A stretch of DNA of 64,000 nt from Pavona decussata. Its lineage: Eukaryota. How positions within the stretch are numbered: position 1 is the stretch's first letter; each line of letters opens with the position of its first letter. A program made the position numbers and the translations under genes. Positions 24,476 through 35,950 of the stretch are shown here, piece by piece. The stretch spans positions 992,001-1,056,000 of the forward strand of contig CDRNST010000013.1 in the NCBI GenBank assembly GCA_977016875.1, given 5' to 3'. Under the pieces are notes generated by a model. The model was not told where the DNA came from and ran no database searches. It saw nothing but the letters and a program-made list of their open reading frames with translations.

Positions 24476-26560
24476 TGATGGAAGTTCTGCCAGAGATATT
24501 TTCAGGAATATCTTTGGTAGAATGGGTGATCTGTCCGCCGCAATTACCCAACAACAAGGATATTCTCTTAGAAGGGACAAAGATCTTCCACCAGCCAGCC
24601 TGGAAGATGCAGTTCGTATTGTTTTTAATAACCATCAAGTTCGTTCCTTCAAACTCAGATGTTCCACGGACTCCCGCACAGAGAGGTTCTTCTCTGCCCG
24701 GTACAAATTCTAGTGCTCCTTTGTATACCATGAGAAGGAACTTCTCCAATTTCAGGTCAGCCAACTATCATTCTTTGCGAGGAGGTAGAAAACAACCTGC
24801 AAAACCTTCAGGCGTCTTCTCACGCGACGTAATACTACTTACAGGACCCGAAGATGAAGACCTCCCACGTCAAGGAAATACAGTTTTCTTGCAAGAAAAT
24901 GGACATGTTGTTATGGCATTCCCATTCATGAAGGAATGGAGCGGCATTGGAGTTCAACTAAAGATCAAAGAAGCGTATCAGGATACCATTCCTCCGCTAG
25001 TCGATTTTGAACTTTTACAATCTGTCCACACCAAACTCCTGAAGCCCACACTAGCTCAAGGGCTGTATTTAACAGGGGCAATGATTCGCCTCATATTCCA
25101 AAAACCAGTGTATGTGAGACCCACCCAGCAGATTTTAAAGCCTCCTAAGACACGCAAAAAGTATGAGGACTTTGATGGTCAGGATTACGTTGACCATAAT
25201 GTCCCTGGAGCCACAGGGGAAAATGTTTCATCAGCATCACAGAGTGCGCCAACTGGAGCCACAGGGGAGAATGTTTCAGTGCACCAACCAGATACAGTGA
25301 TGTGAATGTCAACAACCCATCAGAGCAGCAGCGGCCACTTCCTACATCATATGATAACTATCTTAGTGTCGTTTATGATGATGGTGATGATGATGATGAC
25401 GATTATTCTGATCTGCTCACAGCTATTACTGCAAGCCTTGAAAATCAGGGTAGGAGCAGTGTGCAGCCACTTTCCTCTATTGAGAAACAAGTTGATGAAG
25501 TTTTGAGAAAGTTCATCAATGACAATCTTCAGCCTGCAGTTGAAGAGTATAGCAATGTCTTGATAAATAGAAAGAATGTATTGTCAAGCACCATACGGGC
25601 CATTGAAAGAAAGGCATTCTCATTTGTCAGACCAGTCTATGTTTCCTTCTCTGGTGAAGAAGCGGTGGATGCTGGTGGCCCTAGAAGACAATTTTTTCGT
25701 CTATTTATGTCATCTTTGAAAAGTCTTGGCATTTTTCAGAGAAATTGGTTCTTCGCTCAAAGAAGTACGAATTGGGAGGAAAATCGATCTCATGGAGTAT
25801 TATTCAAGGGTGACCGGGCCCTAAGTACTTATCAGAAGAGGGTTTTGCAGTGATGAGCGATTTACCACTGAATTCTGCAGATGCCATTGCAGTAGTACAT
25901 GACGAAGAACTTAAAAAAGTTCGCAACAGTCTGAAATGCTGCACAAATAGTTCTGATTTCAGTGCACTTGTTCAGACCAAAGGTGATGATATTGCTGGAC
26001 ATGGTTATTCCCAAATCTACAGAGCTGACTTCAGCAGCATAGATGAGATTATACACTGCCTTCTTAAACAGGCATTCATGTTTTCTTTTCATGCTGAAAT
26101 TGAACAATTCTGGGATGGCCTTAATTCCATTGGAAGATTTGGATATCTTCTTAAAGGAAATTCAGAACTGTTTGTAGCAGTCCTTTGTGACAGGCAAGCC
26201 AAGCTTAATACAATTGGCTTCAAGAAATTGTACAAAGTTGACTTCTCTGATGACGGATCCAACCAAAGGGACAGTGGAGAGAAAACAATTTATTGTTTTG
26301 AACTGTTCTGACAGGACTTGGAAGAGCAGGTAGTCTTGGAGGACTTACTTTGTTTCATTACTGGAGCAGATTCTATTCCACCTCTTGGTTTTGATGTTCC
26401 CATTGCCATTAACTTATACGATATAACAACCAATGTGAAGAGGCTACCTTGGTCATCGACATGCGCACTTACCCTCAATCTTCCAAGAGGTTTTGATGAT
26501 CCTCAAGAGTTCAATGCTATCATGCTATCATCAGAACTGTTTTGATTTGGCAAAAGTTGA
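24476..26560 (+). pseudogene. Intronless G2E3-like HECT E3 ubiquitin ligase with frameshifts and stops
   Basis: VSFSGEEAVDAGGPRRQFF, EIEQFWDGLNSIG, FSDDGSNQR, LEDLLCFITGADSIPPLGF, LPWSSTCALTLNLP (catalytic Cys retained). Confidence 0.85.
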
Positions 26561-28203
26561 TTTCTCACAATATGCTACTTCTATGTGGCTAAGTGTTCTG
26601 CAAAATCTTTGTCAAAACACTATGCTCTAGAGCTCATGGGGCTCACAGGATGGGGGAGGAGTAGGTTGTAGAAAGTGCGCCCGTTTTATCTCCGTAAGCA
26701 GGCCATACAATTCAGTTGCCATGGAAACATGTAATAAATTGTATACATAATACAAAACGGGAAACTTTTTTGTCTCCAAGAAATCAATGGGAAATCAATT
26801 TTCTAAAAAAGTTATGTACGTTTTAAATGGCACTTTCTCACTCCGTTCACAGCACCCAATCTTATAGGGCTACAATGCAAGAAAAGTCATTTATTACAAT
26901 GTAGACCAAACATTATTTATAAAAAAAACTTTTGTTTTTCATTTCTCTTTTATTCTGGAAACAGGTATAGTTGAATACAATCCCTTAATACTGATTTGGA
27001 GTGCACTTAAGGTATTTCAATATAAAAAAAAGCATGAGTTGGATAACACAAGCTTTTGAATAGCTGTGTAGCTACACGCTTCTTATCGCAAAATACTCCA
27101 TACACTGCAAATTCTTACATAATGAAAAACTATGTTTCGACAGTTTTCTGACACTATTAATGGAAAAAGTTAATATACAAAGAGAAATTGCTATCCAAAA
27201 CAACAAACTTACTAAGTTCACTGAAATATACGGAATTTTTTTTGTAATTTTTTTTATACTGTTTTTTTTTCTTTAAACACTTTATTTTTGTTGTTACTTG
27301 TAACTTATATATATACTTCATTATATCTTGTAAAACGCTGCTGTTTATACGTACTTTGTATAGTTTACTGTTACTGTTTCTTGTAAATACTAACACTAAT
27401 AAAATATAATTAAAAAGAAAAGTCTTCTTCTATAAAGGGTTTTGTCACTTACACCAAGACATCTTGCTATGGCCCAGGCTGTGATTCATGTAGGATACGC
27501 CAAAGATCTACAGTGTGGGTTTGAAGGACGCTCGGCGTACTGGCGTACGATGGAAGTTGTTGGCGCGCAGCTGGCGTATATCTTGTGGTGAAAACTATAG
27601 GAATATTGCATCAAGGCTTTTGCATAAGCCTGCCTGTATAGACTGTAGTAAGTAGTACAGTCCTCAAAATAGCTAAAAATTAAATTTACTCGAACAGACC
27701 CCAAACATGTTGGTGCCAAAGTGATTTAGTTACCTGCAAGACGTGATTTACCCAAGTGACCAGGCTCCAGAGCGCGATTTTGCCGGCCCGCCAACCAAGG
27801 CGCCATCTTGGAAAGTAATTCGGCTGGTCACATTGATGAAGATGCCGAAGATGGAAGCCAAACTGCAAAGGGTCTGGGAATGAGTTCACTTAAGCCCCAA
27901 TTTACCAGTATTACCAGGTGAATTTGACAAAATAGTGAAATAGTGCCAAGTGCAAATTTTACATTTTTCGTTGATGATTTATTGATTTACCAATCCCGGT
28001 ATCCCGGCCGCTTTATTCCTAGTCTCCTACGCAAGAATCAAGACTGAATCAATCTTGAGCCGCCCAATCCAATAACTGAGGTTTCACAAATCAAAAGAAC
28101 TAAAAGAGGGTTAAAAACAGTTGAAAAGCCAGTCATTTATGAGCTTAAGGTTTCACTTATCTACAATATTATTTAGTGTCAAGAGGTCATGACTTTTACT
28201 TTT

Positions 28204-28230
28204 GTTGTGGCTCTGAAAAGAGCCGTTTGG
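28204..28230 (-). terminator. Replication-dependent histone mRNA 3' stem-loop
   Basis: Minus strand reads CCAAAC-GGCTCT-TTTC-AGAGCC-ACAAC; the 16-nt hairpin (28209-28224) matches the metazoan consensus with typical flanks. Confidence 0.85.
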
Positions 28231-28243
28231 AGTTAAATTTTCC

Positions 28244-28483
28244 TTATTCTGAAGACATAGCTGACAAAAGTTGCTCTTCAACAGCGTCCATATTTGCAAC
28301 CAACGAAATTATTCTCCTCAGTTCACAGTAACTCTCCAACACAGGCAACCAGTGTTGGACTGTTGCAGAAGTACCCGCGACATAACACAATGTTTCCAAT
28401 ACTCTTTAGCGCTCCTCTGCCAACTGTTCAACTAAATCCAACCTGTCGTCTTGAATGAAGTCTATTTCTTTGGAATAGTCCAT
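28244..28483 (-). pseudogene. Small acidic non-histone ORF (79 codons, one internal TAA at 28406-28408)
   Basis: MDYSKEIDFIQDDRLDLVEQLAEER*RVLETLCYVAGTSATVQHWLPVLESYCELRRIISLVANMDAVEEQLLSAMSSE; stop is followed by a histone stem-loop. Confidence 0.45.
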
Positions 28484-29742
28484 CGCGATTCTTAAAAGGC
28501 AAAAGCTTCCACAGTTTAAAAACTGTTCAACAAAGACTTTCTTACAAACCGGTGCATCATGGTTACATATACAGTGCTTTTGGTCAGCAGTTCAGTTCAA
28601 TTCATTCATTGCTGTTACGCAATTGCACTCGGTCTGCAGGAGGATTTTGTCTGTAAGTATAAACTTTTCTTACCGTTTTAAAGCTCAATTTATGGTTTAT
28701 AGTTTTTGAATGCAACGCTTTCTTTTAGCAGAGAAAAAGTAATTTACTTTAGACACATAACATAACGTTTTTAATTGGTTAAACATTCATTCATCCATTC
28801 AATGAGCTTGACTGATGATGAGCGCCAGGGCCGTGAAAAAGAAGTCAAACAGGCAAATGCAATGCCATAGGCCCATAGCTATGACATATTTATATTTTGG
28901 TGGATGACTGAACGAAAATGAAATTTATTCCCTCAGTTTTACATTTTAAGAGTCTCTCGGCCTGAAAAGGCTGACATCAGTGATGAAATAACTGATTCAC
29001 TGTGTAAGAAAACCATTTAAGAAAAACCATCTAAGAAAGCTATTTAAAAGTAAGTTCCAGCTGGGTCAAGTTGAATGTCATACCTCATAAAAAATTAAAA
29101 ATATTAATTGTGCTGACGTTTAAATGTAACATTTAACGTGGATATCATATGAAGAAAAAAAGAGTGCGTACTGAATGTTTTAATACTCAAACTGTGGGTA
29201 AAGAATTTGAAAAACTGCACTGATTTTGTGCCTGTGCGGTCAGTGTAACAGTGTCCCTGTATTGTCGCTGTTCTAACAGAATGCAAAAGTCCTTAGGGCT
29301 ATAGGAAGTTATTCTAACGTACTGATCTTTTTTCCTAAATTCGGAATTTCAGACCTGATTAACAAGCTTGGGCCTTAGGGCCTGCAGATTCATCTTCTAT
29401 ATTTTTCCTTTCTCAAGTAGGTACGACTAACCCTGTAAATAATATATCAGAAATATGGCCTGGCGGACATCAGAACGAATGACGCAGAAAAAAAGTTAAC
29501 ATACAACTAGAGTAGAATGATGATAAGATATCACCTACCAATTGCATTTTTTATATGCAATTTCATATAGGACATATTATATTTGCGAGTCAAAAAATGC
29601 AATACATAAGATTCTGAAATCTGCATGAATCTTAAACAAAACAGTTATTCGATGTAGAACTGTTAGTTGGGAGACAGTACCACAAATCGTTGAAAGAATC
29701 AAAATTTCATTTCCCAAATTGCAATATGGTTGCGCTTATAAA

Positions 29743-29938
29743 TATGAGTTATTGGCCAAGCGTGAGGTCAAGATGGTGAAATATTGGCCAAGTTCTTTCG
29801 TCGCGGTCCATAAGCACGCAAAAAAGAAGGAGGCCAATATTCTGCTATCTTGACCGAACAAGCTTGACCGCGTGGGTAGCCAATCAGAGCACATGATTCG
29901 CTTCATCTTGCCCACGCGCGCTGCTAGCCATATAATAA
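29743..29938. repeat. Short interspersed repeat with internal inverted segments
   Basis: GGTCAAGATGG..AATATTGGCC pairs with GGCCAATATT..CTATCTTGACC. Confidence 0.45.
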
Positions 29939-30250
29939 GCAGAAAGAATAAACGGTTTATTATTATTTTTTACTCTCAGTTATGGATCGAAAATGTCCCG
30001 TTTGTTTGCAAGAGGTAGGGGATGCTCAGAACTGTATAAAGTGCAAGAAATTTATCCATGTTATCTGTGGGAGGGCGATGGTGAGAGAGTAACGTGTCGC
30101 AAGTGTCGAGATGCTGGTAAATACTGCAATTATATTGATTTCAATTACGCAATAGTTTTCTTGTTAATTGAGACACACATTTATGTTTGTCTTTATTGTT
30201 ATTGTTAAATAGCAACTCAGACATCCATTCCACCGGCCAAAGAAGAGAAC

Positions 30251-33200
30251 TTGGTGGCAGGATCAAAAAGACCGCTTATGTGGCTCTGGAGAACTGGTGG
30301 AGGGAGTAAAAAAAAGGATCCCGTCCCGGAAAAGAGGACAAAGATTGAAGCCAAAACGAAACCAAAACGAGCAGTAGAAAAGTACTACTGCATGGAGTGC
30401 CTGGAACTTTACTTTAGCGGGAAAAGAGAGGAAAGATTCGCTATGTTGTGCAGAATAGATGTATCTAGTGTAAACCGACATAAGAACAGATGGCACACCA
30501 CATCAGAAAGTTGTATGTACACTGTTGTCCCGTCTACTGCACCACAAGTGAAAGCACTCGAAAGGAGATATGCTAAGTCAGTGCCAACTCCAGCGGCACT
30601 GAGTAAAGTCGCCCCGTCAAGTATCCAACTCAGCCGACCCTTAGAAGAAGGCCCTACTTTGGTTAGCCGTTTGGAACCTACTACCAGTATTGCAGAAGTG
30701 GACGTACCTGAAAAGCCAGAACGGTCTTCAAAAACATCTCCAAAGAATCAAGCAACATTACTTTCCTACAAGCAATCAACCACAACAGTTTCTTCTGGAA
30801 CGGAAGTTACCTTGGATAATGTAATGGATGCCATTTCCAGTCTGTCCTTGAAAGTTGACAATTTTGGAAAGAAGCATGCTAATCTGGAACAGCTGCTATT
30901 TGAAGATGATGACGTCCGCACAGCTGTCTTGGCAAGGCGGCAATCCGATGATATCTGCCATTTAGCTGACATATCCGAGTTTCTTCAATTTTTCTATGAT
31001 GAAGAATCAGAAACGGCCATTCTTTGTTGCTTGCCCTGCTATAAATTGCATCTTGCAGCTAAACCTACACTTTGCGGCTTCAGCCCATTCCAAGCTCAAC
31101 AAATCATTTATTCTTCAGGCAATGGTACACTTGGCACTGGGATTCTCTTGAATAAGGATACCACCCGTCTACTCATTGAAGGGCGCAATCAAACCTGGTA
31201 TAGGCAGAAGAAGTCTTGCATCGATCACCTATGCCTTATTGGGGATGGATCAAAAGTCCATAAAAATGCAATGGAGGTATATCAGCGACAGTTGAAGATC
31301 ATGAAAAGAAAAACAGCAGCTACTAGCAACATTCTTCGACCCACAATAGCAGATCTAAAGCTTGGGGCGGGTACCAGGGATTTTGAAACCCTAGTCTCGT
31401 TTCTTGCCTGCTGTTTTGCAGATGTCGGCGATATAGGCCACAGCAGAAACAACTTCAGTGACATTCTGTACTGTTTAGAGAAAACTTTCAATGGTAGAAT
31501 CAATGCCTGGTTGAATCATCCTCTTCCGTCTACTCAGTTGCCACCCCATTTCTGGGCCACGGTGGATAAAGTAACACCATCCAGAACAACAAATCAAGCA
31601 GTACTTGTCGTAGCCTGCGACAAAACAGACGTTCCTTGCCCAATTCCCGTTGCTGCTACAAGTGTTTACACAGAATTGGAACAACCTTCATACGATAAGA
31701 TGGCAGACCTGCTAATCAAAGTAATCGAAGATAATTTTTCCAAAGAAGTGCTCTCAAGACTGTGTGACGTTGCAGCAGATGGCCCATATCTGGCAAGCGG
31801 ATATCGTGCCAGGCTATTGGAGGTTTGGAACATTGTAGGTGGGATGGATCAGCTGGAATTACCTGTCACATGTGATGCTGCTCACGTCTTATATTTGGCA
31901 GTTTCTGGTGTCAAAGACTCCAACACGCCTAGTGGCACATTCTTCCAAAGATTTGTGAAGAGGTGCAACGTCTTCAACACAAGTTTAGCACATGGAAAAG
32001 GTTTTGCCTTCCTTCAACTCATTGATGAGTCCGCCAGAAGACCTGTGGCGTACGCTACGCAACGTTTTCAACGTTTTACTAAATCCTCCTACGAGCAATG
32101 GCTCAAAATTGAGAATAGTTACCCATCTTTCTGGAAAGCGTTTGAAAAGCTGCACCCAAATCGAGTTGAAGAGGAAGAGCCTCAATACATGATTGCCAGA
32201 TTGGATTTTGTCACTGATCTGCTCGTTGACCTCATGACCAGAGTGCAATCGCTTGATACCCCGATTTGAAAACTAAAACTATGGTGGCCAAAGGTTAAAG
32301 CAAAGTTGGAAAAAGCTGCCACTGGTGATGACGATGCTCTCCCGCACTTGAAGAAGGCGGGTGATGCGTTAAAACCCGGTGGTCAGTACAAGGGAGTAGA
32401 ACTGTTGGAGGGTTGGATGATTACGAAGGACGAGGGAAGTGGAGCAGTGGGGAATCGGTGGGGAATCGGTTTACATGGCAAATGCGAGAAAGCAATATCA
32501 GAGACGATCATAAGCGTCTTGCATCAGACCTACTCGCTGCCCTATAGAGAAGACTTGATCATGTAGTCTCAGATAATTCCTTAGCAGTTCTCCAGGCATT
32601 TGATGCCACTGCACTTGTAGGTCTACATTGTGGTTCTGTATCTGGAGGGGTTATAAAGTTTGCAGTAAAGGACAGAGAGTACGAAAGCTACGGCATGCAC
32701 AAATGTAAAGCTCTGATGGCAGTCGCATCCAAAATGGCACACATCCAGAATTCGGGAATGGATTTTGATCCTCGTCTGTCATATCAGTACATGAATGCCA
32801 TCAAGGCAGCTGTCAAGGCAGGTATCTGGGATGGACCATGTCCAGACTGGTTTGTTCGACAAGATAATAACACACCAATTCAAACGCAAGGTGCAAAGTT
32901 GCTCAAATTTGAGTCTATTCCCTCACACACACTGGACACCTGCTTCAGGATGGCGTTCGACAATGGGAAAGAGTACAATGTGCGTTTGCATGAACAGAAC
33001 ATGTACGGCTCCTTCTACTCAAGTGCTGACGTCTACGGTATTGCCAAGCCACCGTCATGTGCTATCCTGGACATTGTGTTGGCAAAGGGGGGACCAGAGG
33101 CCATAGCGGAGAGCTACTACAGCGCAATGAGAGGGCAACAACAGTCTGGGGGCCAATCCAACAACACACTCTCAAGAAGAACCAAACTGAACTGGTGTTT

Positions 33201-33387
33201 ACCATCGTTAAAAAACTGTGATGAGATCATTCATGAAAGTGTTAGCTGGTACCTTAAGGGCGATGATGTCATTAGAGTGCACAGAACACCATACTTTTCG
33301 GGAACTGAGAAGCGGTATACAGTATCCAAACTTGTTGATCGCGTGGATGCCGATTTGGGTTGCTGTCCTTTTCTCACTCACTGCTAG
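30251..33387 (+). pseudogene. hAT-superfamily-like transposase with N-terminal C2H2/BED-like zinc finger, disrupted near 32269-32600
   Basis: YYCMEC...RHKNRWH; WATVDKVT (D1); VAADGPY (D2); CDAAH (C/DxxH); YATQRF (TRW-equivalent); PEAIAESYYSAM (E); TIRs not identified. Confidence 0.65.
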
Positions 33388-33839
33388 GACATTAGCTGAG
33401 CTGAGTTCCTGTTTCAAACATTTTTAGCTACATTTTTGCCGACTTACTTGGCTTGGAAACGATGCCTAGTCAGCTTAGACATCTACTTTGAGATTAACTT
33501 CCATACAATCATACAACTGTACTTTTAAATGTGAATTCATAAGCTCTTTAAAATGGAAGGGAAAATGGGAAATGAATTTCTGCACAAGTCAGTTGCTGGC
33601 TAGATCGAAAAATTCCGGATTGCTTCTGGGAGACTGGTATCTAACCATAGCATGATAGCAAAAGGTGGCCCTAACACATTTAGGTTTAGAAAGAGTTTTA
33701 TATGTCATAGATTTTTTCTGCTTAGGTATTATTTTGAAGATCTTCTATTCCTGTGAAATCGTATAGTTGATATTTGTGACCGCTTGTTCGCTTGTCAAAT
33801 GTCAAGTTGGCGGCTTGGCGTGGAATTAAGACGTCCTTG

Positions 33840-34290
33840 GCGTACCTTCAGGGTGATGTTGACGTGGAATGCACTTTGTGCTATGGCCGTCCACTGCATA
33901 CCCATGTTTCTAAGAACTTCGATATGTTCCCTTGTGATCATGAACCTAGGCCGTCCACCAGAACTTTGGGCTTGGGAGGGCTCTCGCCGAAACTAAGTGC
34001 ATGAATCCACATTGGAGTTTGTGATCTTGTTCCTTAAATCCATAAGGAATCCCCAAAGACATTTCAGGAGATTTTGAAGCATTTCTTTCAACGTTTCAAA
34101 GCACTGTAAACTGGCCAGAACCAAAGAAACTGCAAAAACAATTTGCACATACCCCTTCAAACGGTTGTGTAGATACTCTATATCCCTCAGGTTATCAGTA
34201 ACTGCAGTCTCTATTTGTGTTACACAGTCTTGTAAAGACAAAAAAAGTTCTCTAAATCTTCATGTTGTGCTTTAACTACAATATTATTGT
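33840..34290 (-). pseudogene. N-terminal HTH region of an IS3/IS481-like eukaryotic integrase-core transposase; catalytic core not seen
   Basis: GGRPRFMITREHIEVLRNMGMQWTAIA resembles the GRP..I...L...GF.W..IA HTH; lies just inside the right TIR. Confidence 0.55.
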
Positions 34291-35089
34291 GGACAAAACT
34301 GTTAAGAAAACATACCCTTCCAAGCCTTTTTACAAGTAAACAATCGAACAACCATATTTCCCCTCCCCCCGACTCAATGTTGTTTGGAGGGTCACAAATA
34401 GTTTCCCGGCAATCAGCACTTCCCAAATCAACATTGTATAGGGGCAGGGGGGAGGGAGAAGTAACTTGTAGAAATTCGAGGGGAGGAATAGTGAATAATT
34501 GTTTTTTTGTGAGCCGCGTTCAGATTTCTTAACAAGATTTGCCCACCATTGTAGCTTATATTTCAATAATAACATGACCGCAGTAAATAGCAAAGTCAAA
34601 ACATCCGCCATCTTGTTACGTCTTTGTTTGTATCACGTGACAACATTTTGGCGCGAAAATGCCTGCTGACCAGAATATTTTCTCGACCGCTGAAAAATTC
34701 TTGACTGATGAAAAATTCTCGACCGATGGAAATTTCTCGTTCAGACATTATTTTTCGCCATGTGAAAGCACGTTCTCAAACTCATTAATAATTCATCAAG
34801 AGAAAACAAAGAAAATCACTACCATGACCGTGGCTTGGATATGTGATCCTAATTACCATAAAGTTTTGCCAACTTTAGCCTTGAATTTCTCCAAGAATTA
34901 TTGATCATTTGAGAACCCATATCAAACACTCGAAAAGTGTGTTTCATCAGATATCCAAACACCTCAAAGTCATTTAAAAAAATGACCGCCAATGTGAGTA
35001 CTCTGGGCAAAATCTGAGTGTTTAAATGATGTTTCTAGCGGAGATGGAATCCGCCGTGTATACGGCTTCTTCACAGAACTCAACAAAGC

Positions 35090-35555
35090 CACGGAAATAG
35101 AAGACAAATATAGCGATTGATCTAGATTTGGAAACGTGCAACGTCTATTACCGTCAAGAGGCTTGGTGGCTAGATCTCTTAGAAAGATCCATGTCAAGAT
35201 TATTCGGCGCTTGCACATCAGGCCAAAGGTAGCAAATCCTTGGCTGGGCGAGTTTACAATGGACATGCCCTCTGAGGTTTTTACAAGCATGACACAAGAT
35301 ATCATGGGACGCACAAATTTTGGTCATGAATTCAGTGAAACGAATGTCTATCTTATCTAAAAGATTATTGATTTGCAAAAAGCTAAGTATCTTTTTTCAA
35401 GGATGGACATCGATGGTGCAGAGGTGGACATGAGCAATATTTTGAAAAAGGAAATGCAAGCCCCACAGAGGCGTCAAGTAATTGTGACTGAAGAAAAGCC
35501 TTTAGTGCTGAAATTTTATAAGCAAAATGATGTTTTGCTTGTGAAATTTCATTAG
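35090..35555 (+). pseudogene. Unknown small protein, paralogue A
   Basis: IEDKYSD*SRFGNVQRLLPSRGLVARSLRKIHVKIIRRLHIRPKVANPWLGEFTMDM...VIVTEEKPLVLKFYKQNDVLLVKF aligns with paralogue B. Confidence 0.6.
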
Positions 35556-35950
35556 TGCTATTTTTTTTTTGTAATTTGTTTATTTTAGCACACGTTACAA
35601 TACTTAAAAAACTTGATTAACTAATTACAGTTTACAGCTTATCTACAACATACCAAGAGGAAACAAAGGAAAAGTTACAATTTACAAAAACACCGCTCGG
35701 AATAAGTTACTAAAAAACACGAAACAGTACTTACAAATAACTACTTACTAGTAAATAACACACGAAGAAGGAAAGAAAAAAAAAAGACCGAAAAAATATT
35801 ATGAAATAAATAGCAAATTTAAGGAGACCAAAGTTAATGTATAAAAACTTAATGAAAATTTCATTATGGTTATTGGAACACCTTCACAACACTTGAAAAT
35901 ATCTGATCTGTTGTCAAGAGTTCTAATTAATTAATTTGGAAGACAAATAC

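Larger units (their letters stand above)
24288..34793. mobile_element. TIR element carrying a HECT gene (+) and an integrase-type HTH gene (-) in convergent orientation, with nested insertions
   Basis: About 170-bp imperfect inverted repeats (about 24288-24464 and 34627-34793; core TCAAGAATTTTTCAGCGGTCGAGAAAAT.TTCTGGTCAGCAGGCATTTTCGCGCCAAAATGTTGTCAC); exact termini and TSD not resolved. Confidence 0.65.

Noticed and set aside
28244-28483. Histone gene upstream of the stem-loop
   Set aside because: The translation is acidic, with no histone-fold or Lys/Arg-rich tail motifs
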